A model generated the notes under the pieces. It was not told where the DNA came from and ran no database searches. It worked only from the letters and a program-made list of their open reading frames with translations. Shown piece by piece: positions 1 through 10,425 of a DNA stretch of 64,000 nucleotides. How positions within the stretch are numbered: position 1 is the stretch's first letter; each line of letters opens with the position of its first letter. The DNA is from Stylophora pistillata (Eukaryota), in contig NW_019218629.1 in the NCBI RefSeq assembly GCF_002571385.2, positions 25,733-89,732 on the forward strand, given 5' to 3'. The translations under genes were made by a program, and so were the position numbers.

Positions 1-442
1 GGGAGGCAAGTGTTGAAAGTGTGAAATGATGAAAATAAAATGTTAGTTGTTCAATAGAGAATTTGCACAGAGGGACCTACAAACTGCAAGGCAGTTATGT
101 CAGTCATAAGGAAGCATTGAAATAAAAGCTATCAGTAGTTCAATTGGGCACTAGCATTGAGGGACCACACTTTCACACTTTTATTTTATTTTCTTACATA
201 TCTACAAGGTATTCGTTTGACCTGCAAATAGTGGGTCAAATTTTCTTAACTTAATATAATTACACTGGAAATAAAAATGAAAATCAAGAAATACAACATA
301 AAAAGAATAGTTTCTAGAAAATTGGAAAGCTTTTTTTGCTTGTTTGTTTGTTTTTGTTTGAAAGATTTCTTTGACAAATTTGTTTATTCATTATTTTTAT
401 ATTCAATTCGCAATGCAGCCACTTCAAGGCAGTACAAAAATT

Positions 443-443
<1 letters not shown>

Positions 444-477
<34 letters not shown>
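444..477. repeat. (TAA)n microsatellite
   Basis: Run of about 11 TAA units. Confidence 0.9.
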
Positions 478-1712
478 GGAAGGTTAGAATGAAATAAGAT
501 GAGATATTCATAATCAGAGGAAAAGGAATGAGGGAGATGAGTAACATGTTGATTAGTATTAAAAGTAGGTGGTAAAAAGAATAGAAGAGGTTAGGTATGG
601 GGAGCCAAAAAAAGTTTTTTTGAGTTAAAAAATTTTGAACTGAATATTTTGATTGATATGATGTGGGGTGGGAGTTAAGGATGGGTTGGTCTGAGTTGGT
701 TTTGACTATTGGTTTAAGGTAAATGATTGATCAAAATTACAGGTATCTGTCTTGAATTTGATAATGTAACAGACACAAAAGTAAATTCCAAAATAATTTA
801 ATGTTATGAAAACTTAACTAAGCTATGTTGACAACACAGTAAATAATGGAAATATTTCAAGTATTAATGAGAGAAAAATTCCTTCTCTCCAATATTAGCT
901 TAATTAAAATAGTGGAAGTTTACCTATTTAAAATTAACAGTAATTCGTTTTGCAATAATACATATTTCACTGTGGTTAAAAAATAAATGGCTTCTTTTTC
1001 GTAATTTTTCCAATCCTAAAGAGCCACTTTCCTAGATTTAAATCAAAACAAAACCGAATGTATGATTTTGAGTCAACATAGCTCACAACGAAATCCATTT
1101 GTTATCGCCATACCTCAGTCTCCGGCACTTCGTTAAAATTTTATTTCACAGGCGTCACACCACGTGGTCCATGATTGATATCTCGCTTTCTTTCTTCCCT
1201 TTATGTCCAAAATTTCGAAAAGGCGTACAGGAATTAAGTTTAGTTAATAGGAATGTTGGTCGGAAAACGGCGATGAGCACCGACTATCTTGCTTGTCGAT
1301 CGTTGGACGATGATGTAAATAAACTGGAGTTTCTTTAGGCAAGTTCACAGCTCTTGCCAAATTAAACCAAATGGCAGGGGCTTAGAGGTGCCGTAAAAAG
1401 CTCCTTTACTGTTCCTTGTTTTACCGACGAACCAACATTTTGCATGAACGGACGAAAAAGTGATCAAAAAAAGCCAAAACGACACTGTAAACGTTGCCTC
1501 AAATTGAGCCAGTTCGCAACCGTATTGGAACTTTGCAAATAAGACCGTTTTTCGGCACGAGAATAATTTTTTTATAATTTGTACACCCCCTCAATTTTTT
1601 AAAATTCTTTTCTTCTTTTCAAAAATGAGAATTAAAACCTTATGTTTTTAACGGCTCCCTTATTTTTTAAACTTTTGTAATGGTTGTTAATTTCCCGCAA
1701 ATTTTATTGAGT

Positions 1713-2057
1713 TTAAATAAGCGCGCGTCTGAGCCCGCACGGGACAACCTTAGGTGTCACTTCATCCTCGTCGCTGCTGCTGCTGCTGCTGCTTTGTTTA
1801 TCTATCGGCTTTTTGCTGTAGAGTAGTTCACAATGTTGCGTGTAAGCGAGAGAAGCTTTCATGGCATCTGTGTACAGTTTGAGCAATTGATCTTCGTCGT
1901 CTTCGACTTCTGTAGGTTCGGCTTCTTGTATGTACTGCTTTGTATGTCTTTTCATTCGACAGTAATCATCATCGTCAGCATTTTTCTCTACAATGCGTAA
2001 TACATCGTCTAAAGCAGCTACACACCATTTAGGATTATCGTCCAAATGTTCAAACAT
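1713..2057 (-). CDS. Small acidic helical orphan protein, paralog 4 of a tandem family
   Basis: 114-aa ORF. NPKWCVAALDDVL..DDD aligns with NPKLGVTAMDVLL..DDD of the 4786-5115 ORF. Confidence 0.6.
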   Translation of the reverse strand: MFEHLDDNPKWCVAALDDVLRIVEKNADDDDYCRMKRHTKQYIQEAEPTEVEDDEDQLLKLYTDAMKASLAYTQHCELLYSKKPIDKQSSSSSSSDEDEVTPKVVPCGLRRALI

Positions 2058-2139
2058 GTGTCCAAATGTTCAAACATGTCTGTGCTGAAATGATAAGCAG
2101 TTATGGGAGTAAAGTCTTTTAATGTGGAGTTGACAGGGG

Positions 2140-2400
2140 TCAATCATGCTCGTCATCAGAACTATTGTACTCAGTGCTGTAACCAGAAGAAGATCTGGGA
2201 GGAGGTTTATCTTCACAATAACGTACAAATTCCAGGAAAGCCGTCATCACACCATTGTAGACTTTGTTAAAGTTTTTCTGGTCATCACTGCTTCCGTAAG
2301 AATCATACAGTATGGATTGATGGATGCGAGATTTGATTTCGTCAAAATCATCCATCTTGGCTTGTTCGTCTACACAAGACAAGACTTCGTCAAGTATCAC
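2140..2400 (-). CDS. Small acidic helical orphan protein, paralog 3
   Basis: 86-aa ORF with the C-terminal motif YNGVMTAFLEFVRYC. Confidence 0.55.
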   Translation of the reverse strand: MILDEVLSCVDEQAKMDDFDEIKSRIHQSILYDSYGSSDDQKNFNKVYNGVMTAFLEFVRYCEDKPPPRSSSGYSTEYNSSDDEHD

Positions 2401-2662
2401 ACAGGCCTTCCAAGTCTTTAGTCACTCCCAGAGGTTTGGCTGAATCTTTAAGCACTCGAAGGTAATTTGTAAACGCGTCAAACACTGCAGTTTCTGCTTG
2501 TTTTATTTCTGGTGTAGGAGCTTCTCGTATCGGTGCCAATTCTTTCATGGTGTTTAAGTTGTATTCTAAATCTCCTGCGGTAGCCTCTACTCTCAAATCG
2601 TAAAGCGTACAAACGATTTCATTAGCCGCAGACCAAGGACGAGTATGAATGGAGGAAGGCAT
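2390..2662 (-). CDS. Small helical orphan protein, paralog 2
   Basis: 90-aa ORF with ETAVFDAFTNYLRVL, matching the family motif. Confidence 0.5.
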   Translation of the reverse strand: MPSSIHTRPWSAANEIVCTLYDLRVEATAGDLEYNLNTMKELAPIREAPTPEIKQAETAVFDAFTNYLRVLKDSAKPLGVTKDLEGLCDT

Positions 2663-2824
2663 CGTTCTGTCTCACTGTGCAGTATCAAACTGATGAAAAG
2701 GTGTAGGAATCAGTAGTGTTTTAAAGAAGTTAGCTGTCAATCACTTTTTGATTGGCGTGGTGTCGTCATCCGTGAATAGGTGTTTCTTACAAGAAGATAT
2801 TGCACCATCGTGATGATATCGTAC

Positions 2825-2825
<1 letters not shown>

Positions 2826-2866
<41 letters not shown>

Positions 2867-3062
2867 TCTTTATTACCGTGTCAATGTATTTAGCTCATAG
2901 AGCTAATTGGGGACACCTACTTTTACTAAATTAATAAAAAAAAACTATGTACAGTATCATAATAAGTAACAATACAGCCGATAAACTATGCATTAAAATT
3001 TTAAAATATTTAGAAATATCAACAGTGTTCAGATAACATAAAAATACTTGTACCATGCAGAT

Positions 3063-3104
<42 letters not shown>

Positions 3105-3854
3105 CGTGCTGCAAAGATTGCAGCAGTTGCCACTGTCTTCCACTAGGCTGACCAGGTCAACTCTACGGATTCTAGTTTTAAAGATACTAAGGCTTGGTAG
3201 TTCACGCATACCATTTTCTAATTTGGACCAAATATATGGTCCTTGATACCTTAGTGTGTGTTTACCATAGCGTATAGTGTTAAATCGTGGTATTTCAAAG
3301 TCACTATTCCTAAGGTTATAACGAGTACCCTTTCGAGTAAATATCTCAGATATGTAGCTGGGTACTAGATCGTTCTTTACTTTATACATTAGTGTTGCTA
3401 TGTCCTGTAAGCGTCTATTATGAAGCGTAGGTAACTTAGCACGCTTAAGAAGTTCCTCATATGTCTCTGTTGTTGTTTTGAAGACCGCACGCAGGGCTCG
3501 CTCTTGGATGCGTTCGATTTTGCGCCCATCTGAAGATTTACAAAAGTTCCAGACTAAATGACAGTATGTTAAATGTGGCATTATAGCTGTTTTATACAGT
3601 ATGAGCTTAGCTTGGCATGGTATTAGGTTACGCAAGCGCATGAGGACTCCTACTTTCTGGCTGGCTTTAGTGCATATTTCGCTAATGTGTTGTGTAAAGT
3701 TAAGGTTCTTGTCTATATTTACTCCTAATAGCTTGATTTCTTCAGTTTTCCTGATCGCGTCATTGGCGATGGTGAGAACGCTGCCCTTCTTATCTGCATC
3801 TATGTTTCTTGGGTTAATCGTAAGAGACTGAAACTTATCTGGATTTGCCAAGAG
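2826..3854 (-). mobile_element. CR1/L2-group LINE 3' fragment (RT C-terminus, 3' UTR, (TTA)n tail), copy 1
   Basis: ORF 3102-3851 has LLGVNIDKNLNFTQHI..KASQKVGVL..LYKTAIMPHLTYC, typical of an ORF2 C-terminus. Simple-repeat tail at 2826-2864. Confidence 0.9.
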
Positions 3855-3886
3855 NCTCTGGACTTACACCACTTGTGCTAGCTGTG

Positions 3887-3887
3887 A

Positions 3888-3930
<43 letters not shown>

Positions 3931-4123
3931 TCTTTATTACCGTGTCAATGTATTTAGCTCATAGAGCTAATTGGGGACACCTACTTTTACTAAATTAATA
4001 AAAAAAACTATGTACAGTATCATAATAAGTAACAATACAGCCGATAAACTATGCATTAAAATTTTAAAATATTTAGAAATATCAACAGTGTTCAGATAAC
4101 ATAAAAATACTTGTACCATGCAG

Positions 4124-4165
<42 letters not shown>

Positions 4166-4850
4166 CGTGCTGCAAAGATTGCAGCAGTTGCCACTGTCTT
4201 CCACTAGGCTGACCAGGTCAACTCTACGGATTCTAGTTTTAAAGATACTAAGGCTTGGTAGTTCACGCATACCATTTTCTAATTTGGACCAAATATATGG
4301 TCCTTGATACCTTAGTGTGTGTTTACCATAGCGTATAGTGTTAAATCGTGGTATTTCAAAGTCACTATTCCTAAGGTTATAACGAGTACCCTTTCGAGTA
4401 AATATCTCAGATATGTAGCTGGGTACTAGATCGTTCTTTACTTTATACATTAGTGTTGCTATGTCCTGTAAGCGTCTATTATGAAGCGTAGGTAACTTAG
4501 CACGCTTAAGAAGTTCCTCATATGTCTCTGTTGTTGTTTTGAAGACCGCACGCAGGGCTCGCTCTTGGATGCGTTCGATTTTGCGCCCATCTGAAGATTT
4601 ACAAAAGTTCCAGACTAAATGACAGTATGTTAAATGTGGCATTATAGCTGTTTTATACAGTATGAGCTTAGCTTGGCATGGTATTAGGTTACGCAAGCGC
4701 ATGAGGACTCCTACTTTCTGGCTGGCTTTAGTGCATATTTCGCTAATGTGTTGTGAAAAGTTAAGGTTCTTGTCTATATTTACTCCTAATAGCTTGATTT
4801 CTTCAGTTTTCCCGATTTCAGTTTTTCCTGATTTTTCTTCAGTTTTCCTG
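3887..4850 (-). mobile_element. CR1/L2-group LINE 3' fragment, copy 2 (near-identical; probably the same insertion duplicated by the assembly)
   Basis: ORF 4163-4870 is almost identical to copy 1. An N base lies at 3855 between the copies. Confidence 0.88.
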
Positions 4851-5119
4851 AATTCCAAGAATGCAAGCATGACTTGACAGCGTAATTCCCAGGTTCTTCT
4901 ATCGTGATCAGTTTCACTGGTGCAAAGTCAATTAAGTATTTTTCTGCTTCTTGGATCACTCTTCTCAAGGAATCGTCGTCAGAGTGATATTCCATCGTAT
5001 CCAAAAGCACGTCCATGGCTGTTACACCGAGTTTAGGGTTCGTTTCGAAAGTAGGGTTCATGGTGAATGATACATGTGTCATGCCAGTACCTGTTGATAT
5101 ATAGAAAAATGACACAATA

Positions 5120-5480
5120 AGGTAACGTTGATGTCAATCAAAGAGAGCGTCGCGTCTCTTGTCAATCAGAGTTGGCGTTGCGTCGTTAAAACATTGACTG
5201 TCAATCAATGTGAGCGTTGCGTCCCTTTTAGTTAACGTTGCGTCTCTTTTTAGCGTCGCGTCTCTTGTAAAAATACTAACTGTCAATCAAAGTTTACGTC
5301 GCGTCTCTTTTAGCTTGGCGTCCCTTTTAGTTAGCGTCGCGTCTCTTTTTTAGCGTCTCTTGTAAAAACACTAACTGTCAGTCAAAGTTAGCGTCGTGTC
5401 TCTTTTTAGCATTGCGTCTCTTGTAAAACAATGGATGTCAATCAAACTGTAGGGTATTGTTCTCAAGTGTATAAAGCTAG
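5120..5480. promoter_or_regulatory. Divergent intergenic region of imperfect repeats (GCGTCGCGTCTCTT and TGTCAATCA units) with a TATAAA box at about 5470
   Basis: About 6 copies of TGTCA(A/G)TCA and about 10 GCGT(C/T)GCGTC units between divergent genes; TATAAA about 50 bp before the 5521 ATG. Confidence 0.6.
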
Positions 5481-5520
5481 AACGGTTTCACTAGTTTTCA
5501 CAGTTTAGCAACAGCAGCAG

Positions 5521-6360
5521 ATGTGCAGGATGGAGACACCCATGAAGAAACCTACCAAAGGAGTCAAAGGCAAGAGACATCACCCCTATGACAAGGGAGG
5601 AGCTTTGAACTTTAAGAAAGAATGGGCCGAAAAGTACTCTGACGGAAAGGTCAGGATCGATGGTGTACCTCAAGTAGCTCAGCAACCCAAGAAAAACTGG
5701 ACCGAGAAGAAAAATGTCAAAAACCTTTCTTTGGATTTGAATTCTCATGTACCTGTCATGCAGACCCCCGTTACAGTGATGTATCCCTCAGAAAACCCTG
5801 AGATGACATCAGAGGAACCGTTGAGACAGTTAGCTAATTGGGTGGATTCTATTAAACCCCATCTACCACAACCCATACAACAGCAGCCCATTCCACAGCC
5901 ACCCCCACCACCACCAGTGGAAGTGCATGTCTTGGAAGAACGCGAAATATCTGAAGCAGGTAATTGTCAATACGATACTCTAGAGGAGTTACTGGCCAGT
6001 GTAGGAGTCTGCTACCCTTGTCCCACTCATAATTCGGGAATGAATGAAGTGCATTCGCAGAAAGAATGGGTACAAGATGTCTTTCTCACCTGTTCCGTGG
6101 ATAATTGTCCCGTGTTTACCACTTTGAAGGAATACGCTACCTATTACGACCGATGTCGCAGACAGGGTCACGAGTGGTTTACCCTTGACAGGATTGCATC
6201 AATGAAGTGCGAGTGTGGCGAGACTCCTACACTGGGCATATCCAAGTCAGAGTACAATTATAATCAATTGTATCTACGATGTCGAGGGAATTATTGCAAA
6301 TTATTTCAGTGGTGGCGATTCCTTCCCAAAGAAAGAAACATGGCTATTCTCACGCGATAA
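5521..6360 (+). CDS. Proline-rich protein with C-terminal GRF-type zinc finger(s)
   Basis: CECG..ISKSEYNYNQLYLRC...CKLFQW fits zf-GRF. An upstream CPTH...FLTC....CPVF segment looks like a second copy. Confidence 0.7.
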   Translation: MCRMETPMKKPTKGVKGKRHHPYDKGGALNFKKEWAEKYSDGKVRIDGVPQVAQQPKKNWTEKKNVKNLSLDLNSHVPVMQTPVTVMYPSENPEMTSEEPLRQLANWVDSIKPHLPQPIQQQPIPQPPPPPPVEVHVLEEREISEAGNCQYDTLEELLASVGVCYPCPTHNSGMNEVHSQKEWVQDVFLTCSVDNCPVFTTLKEYATYYDRCRRQGHEWFTLDRIASMKCECGETPTLGISKSEYNYNQLYLRCRGNYCKLFQWWRFLPKERNMAILTR

Positions 6361-6788
6361 TTTCATTTCTTTCTTTAGACTCTGAGACTCAGGGCACCAC
6401 TAAAGATTTGATCACCATAAGAGTACAAGTAGGAGAACATTTATGTGTCGGGTTGATAAAATTATTACGCGAAGTATTTTTATTCGGTTTAGAAGTAATA
6501 GAGAATCAATTTGTTTCTTAGATCTTCAAGAAGGACTCCAAATAGCTTACGCCATGGGAAACGTAACGAAGCAGTAAGCACTTACTAAGGATGACATCTT
6601 TGAAATAGCACAGTTGATTGGATTTGACAAGTTTAAGAAAGTATCGTCAAGATTAAATGTCACCGAAGACGAATTACAGTGTATTCAACGCGATCTAGAA
6701 TTGTACTAGTATGCTATGGATAAGTAGTGTTGTTTGAAAATAATAAAATTTGTGATGTTAAAAGGTGTCTGTCATTTATATTTCAATC

Positions 6789-7055
6789 ATGGGGAAACGC
6801 AGAAGAATAACGAAAGTTAAGAAAAAACAACGCCTATGATTGGATTCCTCGTGGATGCGAACTTACCTTTTCTATTAGAAAAGTCAATCAATGGTTTAGA
6901 AAAGGTCCTTCACTCACCGATAAGATGGCTTATACAGCCAGTATGTTGTTATCGGGTCCCGCCCTGGATTTAGTAGTTTAGGAATGTTATTAGGAAAACA
7001 AGCTTTGAAAGGAATCGTCGATAATGTGAAACATTATAACAAAAGACGCCGATAA
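6789..7055 (+). pseudogene. Small basic core-like protein (MGKRRRITKVKKKQR...KHYNKRRR*), disrupted
   Basis: Basic N-terminus as in the other small ORFs. It is interrupted by a 30-bp foreign insert at 6835-6864 and a frameshift. Confidence 0.45.
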
Positions 7056-7367
7056 ATCACATCAGTGTTTACCATGTCTCTGTGGTCGAAAGTACTTTAC
7101 GTTCATTACTCTGTAGTCTCCTTCTTTTGTCGGAGAAGAGAGAATATCGTCTACTCGTCAGAACACAGTCGGGTACTGTATGATTGGATTCCTCGTGGAT
7201 GCGAACTTGCCTTGTTCAATTACGTAGTGAGACCTCCTGTCTTCCCCCTATCGCAAAGAGTGTTTCACTTGATGTTATTCATGAGATGATATCGTGAGAA
7301 ATATACATATAGAGCCTATAGCGAACTGTACTCGCAGTACCTGGGCAGATGACAGGTTCAAAATATT

Positions 7368-9332
7368 TTGAACCTGTCATCCTACAACCTCTCCTTTTTT
7401 CAGAGACTGGTCCTTTGCCGAGGATTAAAATTTGCCATTCCTCAACGTGTGTCTCCCATGGACGTTAAAGCAAGCTTTGAAAAGGCCTATTGGAGCCTTG
7501 AACCCCAACTCAATGATGATAATTTAAAGGAATTATCTGCAGCAACGTTACGTTTCGTTACACTCAATTACATCGAACGCAAGAGTCCGAAACCTCCAAA
7601 GACATTGTTGAGAGCTATAGAGGAGTTAAAAGGACGCGACGACATAGTTATCACGAAACCCGACAAAGGGTCTGGTGTTGTGGTTCTAGACAAAACCGAA
7701 TACTTGCGATTACTTTCTGAAGCCTCAGTCAATGATACAAGCAAGTTCCGTGCCATTCCCCTGGAGAAACCCAAGACCAGGGGCAGACCATCCAAATATT
7801 ACCACCCCCTACTACAAAAAGAGAAGATCCTAGATTCCATTGTTCGTAGAATTCTACCGAAGACCATTGCAGATTCCGTGAGCCCTACAGGTTCCAGATT
7901 GGCACATTTATATGGGTTGCCAAAAACCCACAAAGAACCATTGGCTATGAGGCCTATATTATCAGCCACCGACACGTACAACTTTCCCCTTGCTAAATGG
8001 CTCGACGAGAAATTGAAGCCCTTGTCCCTTAATCAGTATACAGTTACTGATAATTTTGATTTCACAAAAGAGATTCACGAGCTGAAGATCAACAAGGGTG
8101 AAATCTTGGTTTCGTATGATGTCTCCTCGTTATTCACAAACGTGCCTTTGGACGAAACAATAGAGATCTTGGTTAACAGAGCCTTTTCGAACAATTGGTT
8201 CAATACTACCCACAATCTTGCCCTTACCAGAACAGATCTTATTGACCTCCTAAACGTAGCCACCAAAGGCCAACTATTTCAATTTAACGGAGCTCTATAC
8301 GAACAGACAGATGGCGTTGCTATGGGGTCCCCTCTCGGGCCCTTATTAGCAAACGTCTTCATGTCATCCATCGAAGATACCCTTGAGCGACAAAGAAAAC
8401 TCCCATCCTATTATCGTCGATATGTTGATGATACACTCACTGTAATGCCTGATCTAGCAACAGCAACTACCTTCTTGCATACCCTCAACAGCGCCCACAC
8501 TTCGGTCAAATTCACCATGGAGGTGGAGAAGAACAGCAAGCTTCCTTTCCTTGGCACCGAACTACTCAACCATGCACCTCGGATTGAAACCAAGGTATAT
8601 GTGAAACCAACAAACACGGGCCTACTATTACACTACCAAAGCCATGTAGACAATCGCTACAAACGGAGCTTGCTGAAAACTATGCTGGATCGCGCACACC
8701 GATTATCTTCCTCCTGGGCCCATTTCTCTGATGAGTGTGATCGCCTAAAGAAAGTTTTCGCACGGCTTAAATACCCGGAACGCCTGGTAAATTCTACCAT
8801 TAACACCTTCTTACAATCAAGAATTGTTGGTACGCAGCCCACACAGACGCCCAAAGAACCAATATCCATTGTTCGTGTGGTCATACCTTTCAAAGATCAG
8901 GAATCAGCAAATTATGTTAAGAAAGAGCTCAAGAATCTTAGCATGAAGGTGCAGACAACTGTCCAGCCAGTATTTGTTAGCCGCAAAGTTGGCCAAGATC
9001 TTAAAGTACGAGAAATCAAGCCACAGATTGTCAACCAACAACGCGTCGTTTATCAATTTCAATGTGACCTGTGTGATGCGGGTTATGTGGGCTATACACG
9101 CGGACACTTACACACACGCGTGGATGGACATAAACGAAAGGCATCTTCAATATATAAACACTACCACGAACGGCACAGCGAAGTCCCGAAAGACCTACTG
9201 AAACGTTTTAGCATTCTGAAAAAGTGTAGTAACAAGTTCGATTGTTTGGTGAACGAAATGCTTTTCATCAGAGACTTAAAACCCACTCTGAACGTGCAAA
9301 GCGATTCAATTCGCGCAAAAGTATTTGTTTAA
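7368..9332 (+). CDS. Penelope reverse transcriptase / GIY-YIG endonuclease
   Basis: PDKGSGVV, YGLPKTHK, SYDVSSLFTNVP, GVAMGSPL, RYVDD, then VYQFQCDLCDAGYVGYT..RVDGH. Open for 654 aa. Confidence 0.95.
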   Translation: MNLSSYNLSFFQRLVLCRGLKFAIPQRVSPMDVKASFEKAYWSLEPQLNDDNLKELSAATLRFVTLNYIERKSPKPPKTLLRAIEELKGRDDIVITKPDKGSGVVVLDKTEYLRLLSEASVNDTSKFRAIPLEKPKTRGRPSKYYHPLLQKEKILDSIVRRILPKTIADSVSPTGSRLAHLYGLPKTHKEPLAMRPILSATDTYNFPLAKWLDEKLKPLSLNQYTVTDNFDFTKEIHELKINKGEILVSYDVSSLFTNVPLDETIEILVNRAFSNNWFNTTHNLALTRTDLIDLLNVATKGQLFQFNGALYEQTDGVAMGSPLGPLLANVFMSSIEDTLERQRKLPSYYRRYVDDTLTVMPDLATATTFLHTLNSAHTSVKFTMEVEKNSKLPFLGTELLNHAPRIETKVYVKPTNTGLLLHYQSHVDNRYKRSLLKTMLDRAHRLSSSWAHFSDECDRLKKVFARLKYPERLVNSTINTFLQSRIVGTQPTQTPKEPISIVRVVIPFKDQESANYVKKELKNLSMKVQTTVQPVFVSRKVGQDLKVREIKPQIVNQQRVVYQFQCDLCDAGYVGYTRGHLHTRVDGHKRKASSIYKHYHERHSEVPKDLLKRFSILKKCSNKFDCLVNEMLFIRDLKPTLNVQSDSIRAKVFV

Positions 9333-9398
9333 TTAGCTCGTAACATATTTATGCTAATTTAGTGTTACACCTTGCCACAAACTTCATTTTTTATTTCT

Positions 9399-9436
9399 CC
9401 TTGACAATGGCGTCATGATGACACCGAAACGTCGGT
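9399..9436 (+). ncRNA. Variant minimal hammerhead-like motif in the Penelope 3' region
   Basis: cTTGACAA-tggcgtc-atgat-gacacc-GAAA-cgtcg: non-canonical core, stem II and a palindromic stem III. Confidence 0.55.
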
Positions 9437-9482
9437 TTTTATCGTTAGTTTTTGCTAGTCTTTGCATTTCTAAATCTTTATT

Positions 9483-10414
9483 GATAAAAAAAAATTGGAA
9501 AATAATTTAGCGTATACCCTACACAAACCGCGGCGTCGCCGAGGAGAGTTTGCACCCGTGTTAGTCTTTGATATTGACGAACAATGGGTAGCCGATTTGA
9601 TAGAAGTACAGACAATTGTCAAAGAAAATAAAGGGTTTCGATACATTTTGGTCGTGGTTGATGCGTTTTCTAAATATGCGTGGGCAGTACCCCTTAAAAA
9701 GAAAATGGGGAAAGAGGTGACGGATGCGTTTACCAAAATCATAAGCAAGGTAGGAAACCCCAGAAATTACAAACGGATGCCGGAAAAGAATTTTATAACG
9801 AGACCTTTCAAACCTGTCTCACTACACAAGGTATACACCATTTTTCCACGCACGTAGATGAGAAAGCGAGTATTGCCGAAAGATTCATTCGCACCTTCAA
9901 AACCAAACTGTATCGCTATTTCACAGCTGCCAATACGTTGAAATATACCGATGCCCTACTCAAATTACTCTCGCAATATAACCACACCTTTCATTGCAGC
10001 ATACGCACGGCTCCCATCAAAGTGACTGAAAAGGATAAAACTCAAGTGTGGGAGTCGTTCTCCGGAGATTTAAAGGCTCGCAAGAAACCTCTATTTAAAG
10101 TGGGTGATAAAGTGCGACTGAATAAGAAATTTCATACATTTAAAAAGAGTTATTTACCGGGTTGGACAGAAGAAGTATTTGAAATTCGTAAAGTCGTTCC
10201 CGGGAAAGTCACTATTTACAAAGTGCGGGAATTAGACGAGACACCATTACAAGGAAGTTTCTATTTGTGGGATTTACAAAAAGTACACGTGGATGCAGCC
10301 ACGTATTTTCGCGTGTAGAAAGTATTAAAACGGGCAAAAGATAAATTATTTGTCAAGTGGAAAGGATACCCTAGTAAATATAACAGTTGGATTTACAAAA
10401 AAGATTTAAAGTAA
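9483..10414 (+). pseudogene. Retroviral-like (rve) integrase with C-terminal chromodomain
   Basis: YTLHKP, QWVADL, YILVVVDAFSKYAW, (frameshift) LQTDAGKEF, ASIAERFIRT, GWTEEVF, (stop) LFVKWKGYPSKYNSW. N-terminus missing. Confidence 0.92.
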
Positions 10415-10425
10415 TTGGTGACATC

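Larger units (their letters stand above)
2741..5115 (-). pseudogene. Orphan paralog 1, split by LINE insertion (5' part about 4851-5115, 3' part 2741-2827)
   Basis: ...VMLAFLE at 4851-4873 continues as YVRYHHDG...PIKK* at 2827-2741, rebuilding the AFLE[FY]VRY motif. There is one further frameshift near 4875. Confidence 0.65.
7060..9482 (+). mobile_element. Penelope-like retroelement inserted at the 5' end of the Polinton integrase
   Basis: RT plus GIY-YIG ORF followed by a hammerhead-like 3' motif. Boundaries approximate. Confidence 0.9.

Noticed and set aside
314-547. Short ORFs with poly-I, poly-K or poly-F (also 3055 and 3967)
   Set aside because: Produced by microsatellite and poly-A runs.
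1-1592. Left TIR of the Polinton
   Set aside because: No inverted match was found near 24.5 kb. The ...TGTACACCCCCTC end looks more like an unrelated DNA transposon terminus, but I cannot support a family call.
2039-2079. 20-bp tandem duplication over the start of the 1713-2057 ORF
   Set aside because: Simple local slippage duplication with no further structure.
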